The position numbers were made by a program, and so were the translations under genes. Below, piece by piece: positions 26,599 through 34,591 of a stretch of 52,067 bases of DNA (positions within the stretch are counted from its first letter, which is position 1; every line of letters starts with the position of its first letter). Source of the stretch: a virus (taxonomy: Duplodnaviria; Caudoviricetes); IMG/VR virus record IMGVR_UViG_3300034691_000021, positions 1 through 52,067 of that record; one strand, given 5' to 3'. The notes under the pieces were generated by a model that did no database searches, was not told the origin of the DNA, and saw only the letters and a program-made list of their open reading frames with translations.

Positions 26599-27246
26599 TT
26601 ACGACGTGTAACGGGTTGGGTCGGCTTGCTGGGCCAGCGAAACCGTCTTGGTCATGACGTTGTTGCGCGAGATGGCCGGCTGCTTCGAGAACGAGGTGAA
26701 GACACCGTAGTAAATCTTGTCCACGCCCGGCAGGTTGAGACGAGTCGCCTGAATGGTTCGAGCAGCATCGGCAGCAGTAACAACCGGCACGTAAGGCAGC
26801 GACGGGTCATCAGCAACGGTGATGGTCATGCTGGCGGCAGATTTGTCGGTAGGGATCTGGAAGCCTTGCTGCGCTTCGAGGAACGCGACGGCGGTGTAGT
26901 TTTGCTCGCCACCGGCGGACGCGAAGTCGGTCACTTGCGGGATCTGCACCCAGGTCAGGACCTTCTTCAGGGTGCCAGCGCCGGAACCAGCCGGGTAAAC
27001 GGTGGTGTCAGTGGTGTCGATGTTTTCGAGGGTGATCGCGGTAGCGGTAGCGGTCTTGACGCGAACCACTCGGTTATTCAGCGCAGTCCAGCCGGAAGCA
27101 ATCAGCACGATGTCGCCAGAGACCAGCGTGGCACCCACGGTCGTGCAGATCGCTTCAGTGGCGTTCGTGACTGCAGAAAAAGCGAGTGCGGTGGCATAGG
27201 TGGCGCCATGTTCGAATGTCGCACCGTTCGGGAGTTTTACGGCCAT
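26599..27246 (-). CDS. Major tail tube protein (Phage_tail_3-like)
   Basis: MAVKLPNGAT..., WVQIPQV...SAGGEQNY. Confidence 0.88.
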   Translation of the reverse strand: MAVKLPNGATFEHGATYATALAFSAVTNATEAICTTVGATLVSGDIVLIASGWTALNNRVVRVKTATATAITLENIDTTDTTVYPAGSGAGTLKKVLTWVQIPQVTDFASAGGEQNYTAVAFLEAQQGFQIPTDKSAASMTITVADDPSLPYVPVVTAADAARTIQATRLNLPGVDKIYYGVFTSFSKQPAISRNNVMTKTVSLAQQADPTRYTS

Positions 27247-27316
27247 TGGTGTTTCCTCTATGCAGAAATGACAAAACCCGCTCAATGGCGGGTTCTGGGT
27301 TTGCCCAATGGGCGGA

Positions 27317-27739
27317 TTAGGTTGTGATGTCGGCGCGGTAGGTGATCGACAGCGGCAGCGTGGTGGTCGTGTCGCCTGGCTGGGCCGAACCGGTAGACAT
27401 CGGCGCGCGGACGTAGACGGTGAAGGTCGTCTTGGTCAGGCCGAGGTTGTTCGGGAACAGCGCGGCGATCTCGTCTGCGATCCCTTCAGCGGTGCCGCGC
27501 CCGATGCCGGCCTTGGTCACCACGCTCACTTGAAAGATGCCACGGTAAGCCGTGTGCTTGCCTTCGAGGTCTTCGCTGGTCGTGTTGGCTGGCAGCAGGA
27601 AGTCGCGCAGGTAGGGCGAACCGTCAGCCGGCGGGGTGAAGGCGACATCTTCATAGGCAATCGGAAGTGCCGGCACCCTGGCAGTCGCCCACGTCTTCAA
27701 GCGGCCTTCAAACAGGCTGCGGATGATCTTGTCTGACAT
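27317..27739 (-). CDS. Tail terminator (DUF4128-like)
   Basis: GIFQVSVVTKAGIG; synteny. Confidence 0.8.
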   Translation of the reverse strand: MSDKIIRSLFEGRLKTWATARVPALPIAYEDVAFTPPADGSPYLRDFLLPANTTSEDLEGKHTAYRGIFQVSVVTKAGIGRGTAEGIADEIAALFPNNLGLTKTTFTVYVRAPMSTGSAQPGDTTTTLPLSITYRADITT

Positions 27740-28308
27740 CAGGGGAGCTCCGAAACGGCGCGGTCTATGAACATCTGCACCTCGAGTACCGAGACGCGGA
27801 CGACACCGACAGGTGCTTGGCTTGAATGCCCGTACTCGAGACGCTGAGAATACGGGAGGTTATTCATCATCCAGATTGTTCCTACCTGAGTTGTGAACCC
27901 CTGGATCACCGTCGAACCGTCGCCCTTCGAGTCTTGCCCGGTCGGATCAATGCGCTCCAGCGTGCCGGTCTTGGCTACGTCGAAGCTGACCTGCCAGTTA
28001 CCCCGGAAGCGCCCGCCGACATAACCGCCGCCGGCCGTGAGGTCCATGCTGTCTTTGATCAGTCGGCCGGGCTTCATCCGACCATTCTTGGTCAGGTTCG
28101 CTGGATCGGTGCGCAACTCGGCATTCAGTCGGGCGACTTCGTTGTTGTACTGGGTCGCGGTCGCGTTGGCCGCCCATAACTCAGGGTTGCCAACGGGGGA
28201 TCGGTCCACCACAGCGCCCAATAGGTCGATGGCGACCTTCTTGATGACGGTCTCGGCATTGGCTTCGGCTTTCTCGGCGAACGCCTTCAGATCCAATGCG
28301 AAGCTCAT
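27739..28308 (-). CDS. Tail completion protein (HK97 gp10-like)
   Basis: RSPVG...GRFRGNWQVS, NNLPY..RLEYGHSSQAP. Confidence 0.85.
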   Translation of the reverse strand: MSFALDLKAFAEKAEANAETVIKKVAIDLLGAVVDRSPVGNPELWAANATATQYNNEVARLNAELRTDPANLTKNGRMKPGRLIKDSMDLTAGGGYVGGRFRGNWQVSFDVAKTGTLERIDPTGQDSKGDGSTVIQGFTTQVGTIWMMNNLPYSQRLEYGHSSQAPVGVVRVSVLEVQMFIDRAVSELP

Positions 28309-28694
28309 TTTCTGGCCTGCACGCTGAAGCCGACGTTGAGGCCGGCGTAATTCCAGGGCTCGACGTTCTGCACCGTGTAGGTGTCGCCGTCGAACAGGAT
28401 CTTGTCTTGGCTGACTGGCTTGGGCATGTCGGCACCAGTCAGTAGTACCGGGGAGATCAGCAGCTTGACGTCGCCTCGCTTGATCAGCGTTCCGTCAATA
28501 TCGCTGCTCTTGTAGTTCTCGCGGACGCCTGAGCCATCGAACTGGTCTGGGGTTGTCGGCATATTCCCGGAGTCAGGGTCATAGTCGCCTGAGGTGACGC
28601 GGATCAATGACAACTCCAGCCCTTTTCCGCCCTTGCTGCGCGGAGCCAGCAGCCTGATCGCCATGACCTTGGCTCGATCATAGATGTCGGTCAT
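28305..28694 (-). CDS. Head-closure / head-tail joining protein
   Basis: IDGTLIKRGD motif; synteny. Confidence 0.75.
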   Translation of the reverse strand: MTDIYDRAKVMAIRLLAPRSKGGKGLELSLIRVTSGDYDPDSGNMPTTPDQFDGSGVRENYKSSDIDGTLIKRGDVKLLISPVLLTGADMPKPVSQDKILFDGDTYTVQNVEPWNYAGLNVGFSVQARK

Positions 28695-29197
28695 GAGCGC
28701 ACCATGGAAATGCTGCTGCTCGATCCGTCGATGAACTGGGCCATCATCTTGTCAGTCTGGCGGTAACGAACCACGCCATTACTGTCCATGTATTCGGTTT
28801 TCAGTGGGCCGACGGTTTCGGACTTGATGATCCGGTCTACGTCCTGATCAAGCTCGCCTTGCCCGGCCTTGAAGGCCATTTCGGCACAGGTCTGGGCCAT
28901 TGGATTCGGCACCGCATCGCTCGGCCAGTATTCGCATCGGCCACTGTCCTTGCGGCGCGCCTCGTAGCGGGGCCACGACAGCGCCTGAGTCGAGTTGACC
29001 CGATAGCCGCAGAAGCGCATGCCGTAGGTACGCTCGATGTAGTCCGTGCCTCTACGCAGCGCCTGCTCTTTCTCGGTCGTGCTCAGTGCAGCCCAGATCG
29101 TGTTGCCGCGGGCGTCGTGATAGGCGTCGGCGTAGCTGACCGAGCACAGGGACTCAGCATCCGCGCGCCCGGTGCCATCTTCAACAATGAGTGCCAT
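28691..29197 (-). CDS. Head-tail adaptor (often annotated DnaT-like)
   Basis: MALIVEDGTG, QALSWPR, ETVGPLKTEY. Confidence 0.8.
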   Translation of the reverse strand: MALIVEDGTGRADAESLCSVSYADAYHDARGNTIWAALSTTEKEQALRRGTDYIERTYGMRFCGYRVNSTQALSWPRYEARRKDSGRCEYWPSDAVPNPMAQTCAEMAFKAGQGELDQDVDRIIKSETVGPLKTEYMDSNGVVRYRQTDKMMAQFIDGSSSSISMVRS

Positions 29198-29200
29198 GTG

Positions 29201-30253
29201 CTACCCCAGCGGGAAAGGTTGTGTTTGCCCGACGAGCGGACGCGTGTTCGTTTGGCCGTTGAGCGGATAGACCTGCTCCTGTCCGGCAAGCGGCAGGGTT
29301 TGGGTCAGTCCATGCAGTGGATAGGCCTGAGTCAGCCCATCAAGCGGATGATGTCGAGCGGTGGCGTCGGTGCCGGTCGCGTTTCCGTCAGCAGGATCAA
29401 ACGACACTTCGTCGATGGTGCCGGTCGTTACCGCTGAACCCGACACACTGGTCGCCGGCGCCGTGAAGATGATCGGCACGAATGATCCATTGGCCGATAC
29501 CGAAGGCAGTGCCGAACCTGTGGGAGCGGACAGCCCCATAAAGGCCGGAGAAACAGACTTAGACGCGCCACCTAGAGCAGTTGCACCTGTGGGAGCGAGT
29601 GTGATCGATGCAGGCGCTGCCGAGGCGTTGCCGCCTGCCGATGTACTGCCAGAGGCTGAGGCATTCGGCGCGGCCTGGGTGACGCTGGCCATCGAGGCCG
29701 ATACGCCTGCCGAGCCAGCACCAGACACAGCCGGCGAATTCAGCGACACAAAAGCGATGGCCGCAGATCGTGTCGCGGATCCGTTTCCGATTGCAGTTGG
29801 CGCGCTCGTCGTGATCGCAGCAGGAGCCGCAGACCGTGAGGCGCTACCAGTGGCAGTCGATGCAGGAGCAGACAGCGCCAGCGAATCAACAGCAGCACTG
29901 ATGGACGCATTCGCAGTCCCGGCAGCCGTACCGATTAAAACCGACAGCGATACTGCGGCAAATGATCCGCTCGCCTCAGCATCAGGTGTCCCGGCTCCCT
30001 CGGCCGAAGCGTCAGGCGCGGCAAGCGTCACCTCAGCAAATGCGCCAGAGGCCACAACATCATCCACGCCTTCAGCGACAGCATCCGGAGCAGACATGGA
30101 CACTGAAGCCAGGCTGCCGAACGCATCCGGACCCTCGGCCCGCCAGAATTCGCCAGCGATCAATGATGGCGTCTGGCTTTCAAGCCGCTGCGTCACCAGA
30201 TCCGTCGTAGTCAGCCTGCCCGAAGGCGCAAACCTCCAAGCATTAAAGGCCAT
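29201..30253 (-). CDS. Ala/Ser-rich repeat protein, putative virion appendage scaffold
   Basis: 11 ~19-aa repeats plus five C-terminal 9-aa PLxG repeats. Confidence 0.7.
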   Translation of the reverse strand: MAFNAWRFAPSGRLTTTDLVTQRLESQTPSLIAGEFWRAEGPDAFGSLASVSMSAPDAVAEGVDDVVASGAFAEVTLAAPDASAEGAGTPDAEASGSFAAVSLSVLIGTAAGTANASISAAVDSLALSAPASTATGSASRSAAPAAITTSAPTAIGNGSATRSAAIAFVSLNSPAVSGAGSAGVSASMASVTQAAPNASASGSTSAGGNASAAPASITLAPTGATALGGASKSVSPAFMGLSAPTGSALPSVSANGSFVPIIFTAPATSVSGSAVTTGTIDEVSFDPADGNATGTDATARHHPLDGLTQAYPLHGLTQTLPLAGQEQVYPLNGQTNTRPLVGQTQPFPLG

Positions 30254-30257
30254 GGGA

Positions 30258-31055
30258 TCACCCGTTTACGACTTCAATCGTCATGTCGAAGATGCCGGTC
30301 GCCGTGCTGTCAGGCGTGACGATCGCCATCAAGGCGCTGTCCGCAAAGATCTGCGGCATGCCTGTCTTCAGGAAGTCGTGCGTGTCGCCGAAGTTGGCAG
30401 CCATCACACGACCAGACCAGAGGCGGCGCAACACCAGGACGTTGAATGTCCCGGCAGATGATACCGAGCTGGTGATCGACTCAATGGTCCGGACGCCGGT
30501 GTCGCCCGACTGAAGAGGCAGCTGAACCATTCGGCCGACAATCGGTGCGGCACCGGTGGCAATCGTGCCGGTCGTGCGGCCCGTTGTCCCGGACTGGTTC
30601 GTGTAGGTCACCACGATACTTTGGTTGCCCGTGAACGCCGTTACCGCCTCGATCCAGACCTCTGTGTTGGTGAAGTCCGTGCCGCCAATCACCCGGCCCG
30701 AATAGCTGGGCTGAACTGACAGCGTGGTCGAGGAGTTGAACGCATACGCGCCAGCCTTCCACAGGCAATCGAACAGCGTGATGCGGCAAGGCACCGTGCT
30801 GCCGAAGGAGATGTTGCTGATGTAGCCCGTATTGCCGCCGCCGAACGCGTTGATGACCGGAAAGCCGGCCGTCGCATCAGTAGGTACAATGCCTGCCGTG
30901 GTGTTCGTCCCGGCCAACGTACCCGCGCCCGGGTTGCCAGCCGCCTGAATCACCTGGGTAGGCATCAGCGCAACCGCCGTCACCGACGCCGTCTTGGTGA
31001 TCTGCACCCGCTGCGAGGCGGCAGCGATATAGCCGTCAAGCGTCGTAATAGCCAT
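30258..31055 (-). CDS. Beta-rich putative virion appendage/tip protein
   Basis: Thr/Gly-rich all-beta pattern; in the head operon. Confidence 0.7.
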   Translation of the reverse strand: MAITTLDGYIAAASQRVQITKTASVTAVALMPTQVIQAAGNPGAGTLAGTNTTAGIVPTDATAGFPVINAFGGGNTGYISNISFGSTVPCRITLFDCLWKAGAYAFNSSTTLSVQPSYSGRVIGGTDFTNTEVWIEAVTAFTGNQSIVVTYTNQSGTTGRTTGTIATGAAPIVGRMVQLPLQSGDTGVRTIESITSSVSSAGTFNVLVLRRLWSGRVMAANFGDTHDFLKTGMPQIFADSALMAIVTPDSTATGIFDMTIEVVNG

Positions 31056-31063
31056 CAGATCAC

Positions 31064-31483
31064 CTAGCGGTTGACGTAGAGCGGAGAGGACAGCGTCACG
31101 GTAAACGTGCCCGCCGTGCTGGTGACGGTGCCGCCGAAGTCCACGAAGGTGACCAGCTCGTCAGTAGCAGCAGTGCCGACCGACTTGTAGATCCAGGCAC
31201 CGACGGCCGAAATGGTCGCCGAGGTGAAGGCTGCAGGGTTGCCGAAGGTCACCGCCACGCGGTTGTTCGACGTATCGACTGAGCCGACAGTGCACGTTAC
31301 CGTCGCGCCGCCCGTTGCGTACGAGCCTGAGGCCGCCACTTCAGTGACGATATCGTTGCGGAAGTCGAAGGTGTCCAGCTCAGTCTCGGACGGAACCGCC
31401 GAAACCAGCAGCATCTTGAACGTGCCGGAGAAGTAGGCATCAGCCATACGCTTCGGGAGGAATAGCGAATTCGCTGATGCCAT
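31064..31483 (-). CDS. Small beta-sandwich virion protein (appendage subunit)
   Basis: TFKMLLV...EVAASGSYATGG...VDFGG.VTST.GTFTV pattern resembling phage minor structural proteins. Confidence 0.7.
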   Translation of the reverse strand: MASANSLFLPKRMADAYFSGTFKMLLVSAVPSETELDTFDFRNDIVTEVAASGSYATGGATVTCTVGSVDTSNNRVAVTFGNPAAFTSATISAVGAWIYKSVGTAATDELVTFVDFGGTVTSTAGTFTVTLSSPLYVNR

Positions 31484-31486
31484 GAC

Positions 31487-31654
31487 TTATACCTCTTTCC
31501 AGCCGAGCAGTCGGTGCGCGGCCAAACAGGTCGGATGCACCATTAGGGTTTCGCCGTCTTTGCATACGGCAATCAGGTGACTTTCATCCGCCTGATTTGA
31601 ATTCTCGTCAGCGGCAGCCTTGGCGGCGCGCTGTTCTTTCGTCAGACCAGCCAT
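31487..31654 (-). CDS. 55-aa protein after the capsid gene (MAGLTKEQRAAK...VHPTCLAAHRLLGWKEV)
   Basis: Translated by hand; AGGAG RBS. Confidence 0.65.
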   Translation of the reverse strand: MAGLTKEQRAAKAAADENSNQADESHLIAVCKDGETLMVHPTCLAAHRLLGWKEV

Positions 31655-31672
31655 CTTTCACTCCTGAACACA

Positions 31673-31690
31673 CAGGGGCCGAAGCCCCTG
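31673..31690 (-). terminator. Hairpin after the major capsid gene
   Basis: caggggc-ttcg-gcccctg (UUCG loop on - strand); weak U tract. Confidence 0.5.
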
Positions 31691-31706
31691 AGCGTTATTC
31701 GGCGTA

Positions 31707-32837
31707 TCAGCCCAGAACCAAGCACACGTGCTCGGATTGAACCACTTTGAAGCCCCAGGCCAGGTGCAGCTCCCAGGTGGTCTGACCGTACTGCTGGATT
31801 TGCAGCAGCAGGTAGGTCATGCCGTTCTGATCGCTGATCAGCATCTGGTCGATGGTGGCGTTGTCCGGCATTGCTGGCGGACGCATGATGCCGACGACAG
31901 CGCTACGTTCGAACGCGAGGTTCGGTGCGTAGTTGTTGCCGACGGTCATGGCGTTGGCGGTCGGGATCACGATGCGAGCACCAGGACGGCCGAGGCTGAC
32001 AGTGCCAGGAGCAGCAACACCGTTGTTGATGACGTACTTGTTGGTCGAGTCGGCCGCGAAGGTCACAACGTCGCCCGGCAGAGCGGTGCCGGTGCCAGTC
32101 ACCAGAGCGATGTCGCGCACGCCAATAGCAGTCGAGCCGCTGGTGACGTAGGAAGCGCCAGTACCCTTGGTGTGGGTGGTGATGCCGGCCGATTCGGTGA
32201 TAGCGAAACCGAACTGACGCAGCAGGCGACCGCTACGGCGCTCTTCGTCGCTACCAGCCTGATAGGCCTGTTGGATGATGCCGAGCTTGCGGGCAGCAAC
32301 ACCAGCGCTCGAATCGATGCACATCTGCAGGTCAGCCAGAGGCGCGCCGTTGTCCAGCAACACCTTGCGCGCGTCGGCGATGATGTTGATGTCAGTGGCG
32401 AACGGGTTGGTGCCGGCGGTGCCTACGGCGCGGGATGCGCCCTGCTTGATGGCAGCGGCGCAGTCAGCTTCTGCCAGGTTGCGCAGCGAGCGCATGCCCT
32501 GGGCAACGAGTTGGCGAACCCATTCGTTGTCAGTGCCGCCGTTTTGCAGGCTTTGCAGCTGCTCGCCGGTCATGTGCCAGCTGACTTTCTTCGAGGCGGT
32601 GATCGCCACGTCGACGCTGGTTGCAGTCGCATCATCGCCAGCCGCTGCAGCAACGCCAGGGGCGAAGTCAGTCGGAGTACGGGATGGTGCAACAGGCACC
32701 TTGACAGTGTCACCTTTGGCGACTTTCTTGTCGTCGAAGTTGGCACTGATCGAACTGATTACCCCGAACGCTTCGTTCGAGACTTCTTGGGCAGCCGAGT
32801 ACAGTACCGGCTGCAATGCGGTGAGAACGTTTGCCAT
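31707..32837 (-). CDS. Major capsid protein (P22 coat-like, HK97 fold)
   Basis: 376 aa after scaffold; GDTVKVPVAP, LAWGFKVV...LG. Confidence 0.88.
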   Translation of the reverse strand: MANVLTALQPVLYSAAQEVSNEAFGVISSISANFDDKKVAKGDTVKVPVAPSRTPTDFAPGVAAAAGDDATATSVDVAITASKKVSWHMTGEQLQSLQNGGTDNEWVRQLVAQGMRSLRNLAEADCAAAIKQGASRAVGTAGTNPFATDINIIADARKVLLDNGAPLADLQMCIDSSAGVAARKLGIIQQAYQAGSDEERRSGRLLRQFGFAITESAGITTHTKGTGASYVTSGSTAIGVRDIALVTGTGTALPGDVVTFAADSTNKYVINNGVAAPGTVSLGRPGARIVIPTANAMTVGNNYAPNLAFERSAVVGIMRPPAMPDNATIDQMLISDQNGMTYLLLQIQQYGQTTWELHLAWGFKVVQSEHVCLVLG

Positions 32838-32902
32838 GTGGCGGTTTCCTTAAGGCAATAAAAAACCCGCACATGGCGGGCCTTGGTTTGGGGTTTGGTA
32901 GA

Positions 32903-33661
32903 TCAGCCCTTGATGGTCATGCCGCCGCTCATCGCTGCCGCCCGATCTTTCGGGGACAGTGCGTCGAACGCTGCTTGGGTCATGGTCTTGGAGCCATTCC
33001 CGCCGCCATGGCCTGCGCCGCCACCGTTGCCGGTAGCAGGGAACCAATGCGGGCGGGTTTCTTTCATTTCCGCCATCCACTCTTTGAGCGTCAGCGGCTT
33101 ACCGTCTTTGCCGTACTTGCCCTCGCGGGCGACGGGGTTACCGTCATCGTCAAGCTCGAAGTCGCGGGATGCGGCGAGCATGGCGTCTTCCATGGCGTAC
33201 TTGTGCACGCCTGCTTCGGTCGCAGCGCCGATCACTTCACCCTTCAGCACGCGCGAGGCGTACTTCTCGGTGCGGCTGGATGCATTGGTCGCGGCGTCCT
33301 GTGCCAGCTTCAGGTCTTTCTCGAAGCCAGCCTTCATGCGATCGGCACGCTTGGCCAGGACGGTGTCGATGTCGCCCTTGGCAATGAGCTGGGCTTCTTC
33401 GTCGTTCGCAAACTTCGAGAGGATGCCGCGCACTGCTTCTGGATCGATGCCGTCGAAGGACTTCAGCTTCTCGCCGTATTCCTTCACCTTGCCGAGCAGT
33501 TCGGAGTTCTTGCTCTTCAGGCCATTGGTGACTTCGGAGAGCTTCGAATCGAACAGGGCTTGCTGCTCTGGCGTGAATGCTGCCCCCTGGGAGCCACCAC
33601 TACCTTCGCCGCCTTCACCACCACCTTCTTCCTGCATGAACAATTGCTTGAGCTTGAACAT
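32903..33661 (-). CDS. Capsid scaffolding protein
   Basis: GLKSKNSELL coiled coil; PHWFP...GGGAG; MTQAAFDALSP C-terminus. Confidence 0.85.
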   Translation of the reverse strand: MFKLKQLFMQEEGGGEGGEGSGGSQGAAFTPEQQALFDSKLSEVTNGLKSKNSELLGKVKEYGEKLKSFDGIDPEAVRGILSKFANDEEAQLIAKGDIDTVLAKRADRMKAGFEKDLKLAQDAATNASSRTEKYASRVLKGEVIGAATEAGVHKYAMEDAMLAASRDFELDDDGNPVAREGKYGKDGKPLTLKEWMAEMKETRPHWFPATGNGGGAGHGGGNGSKTMTQAAFDALSPKDRAAAMSGGMTIKG

Positions 33662-33743
33662 CTGCTAACCCCTTGGGTCTGTTGGCCGCCTGGCGGCAAT
33701 AAAAAGCCCCGTCATGGACGAGGCTTGTGTGAATCGCGGGCAT

Positions 33744-33769
33744 AAAAAAGCCCAGCGGTTAGGCTGGGC
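33744..33769 (-). terminator. Intrinsic terminator closing the ncRNA locus
   Basis: gcccagc-ctaacc-gctgggc followed by TTTTTT. Confidence 0.75.
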
Positions 33770-33865
33770 TCTGCCGGTTACCTTAATCCGGCGCCAAACG
33801 TTTCCATCTGGCGGTTCATTCCGGCCTGATCCGCAGCGTTGTGCTGTTTCACTACCGGTGTAGAG
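33769..33865 (-). ncRNA. Putative tRNA-shaped multi-stem RNA
   Basis: CUCU/AGAG closing stem; CAGC/GCUG; CGCCAGAUG-GAAA-CGUUUGGCG; terminal GCCGG..CCGGC arm. Confidence 0.45.
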
Positions 33866-33904
33866 GGTAGAAACACCCCGGCGGATGCCAGGGCTGCTTG
33901 AATT

Positions 33905-34017
33905 GGGTGGAGGGCCGGTGCTGATCTCCGGCTTGAAAAGACTTGGCGCCATTTGGGTGCACCCCGCCGCGCCTGGAACAATCCATAAGTCGCCCATCAG
34001 CCTGGGCATTCACTCCA
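33905..34017 (-). ncRNA. C4-like (P1 c4 family) tRNA-shaped antisense RNA
   Basis: GGAGUGAAUGCCCAGGCUGAUGGGC...GCCGGAGAUCAGCACCGGCCCUCC; complementary loops GCUGA/UCAGC. Confidence 0.65.
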
Positions 34018-34021
34018 TAAG

Positions 34022-34273
34022 CTATGTGACGACGACGCGCTCGCCTTTGAGCAGGCACACGACGCAAAGCAGCGCCTTCGTCCCGCCAGTTGGCTTGCCG
34101 TTCTTCATCAGGACGCCGATCAGGCTGACGACCACTTCCCTACCGCCACAACGATGGCACTGAACCATCGCCTCAGGCTTCGGCATCGCACGCACACGAC
34201 GACGCACCTGCTCGGCCGGGGTGTCCGGTTGAGCGGTGCCGTCGATTACGTGGAAGCGGGGTTTGTCGGTCAT
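34022..34273 (-). CDS. Zn-ribbon hypothetical protein
   Basis: CHRCGG...CVVC. Confidence 0.7.
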   Translation of the reverse strand: MTDKPRFHVIDGTAQPDTPAEQVRRRVRAMPKPEAMVQCHRCGGREVVVSLIGVLMKNGKPTGGTKALLCVVCLLKGERVVVT

Positions 34274-34569
34274 ACCTTGTCGACGATCGCCCGAACGGCC
34301 TGCAACTTGACTAGCATGTCGGCCGTTGGGTTGTGGCAGGCAACAGGCCCGTTCTCAGCCATGAACTGTGACATCGGGCTCAATGCGTAGCGGATATCAT
34401 CAAGCAAATCGCGCAGCCTGACTATTTCAGCACCGGCCTTATCCAGAACAGGCCATGGGTCAGCCTCGATCTGCTTACGAGACGTCTCAACCATTCCCAT
34501 CAGGCGGAGATACTTTTCCTGCATCTGGCCTGCGGTGATCTTGTCCGAGATATCGACAACGTTGCTCAT
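34270..34569 (-). CDS. Hypothetical protein (MSNVVDISDK...)
   Basis: AGGTG RBS; ATGA overlap. Confidence 0.6.
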   Translation of the reverse strand: MSNVVDISDKITAGQMQEKYLRLMGMVETSRKQIEADPWPVLDKAGAEIVRLRDLLDDIRYALSPMSQFMAENGPVACHNPTADMLVKLQAVRAIVDKV

Positions 34570-34591
34570 GGCACCTACCCGTGTTGTTCGG

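Noticed and set aside
29361-30461. 366-aa + strand ORF opposite the repeat protein
   Set aside because: Antisense shadow of a GC/Ala-rich gene; the - strand ORF fits operon coupling and has coherent repeats
31728-33745. Long + strand ORFs (377, 304 and 261 aa) opposite capsid and scaffold
   Set aside because: Antisense frames kept open by codon bias; no RBS or motifs
33769-33865. Hammerhead or other known self-cleaving ribozyme
   Set aside because: No CUGAnGA/GAAA core arrangement found; kept only as an unknown structured RNA
33665-34009. 114-aa ORF across the ncRNA locus
   Set aside because: Runs through two terminators and dense RNA stems with low-complexity translation; the RNA interpretation is preferred but coding is not formally excluded
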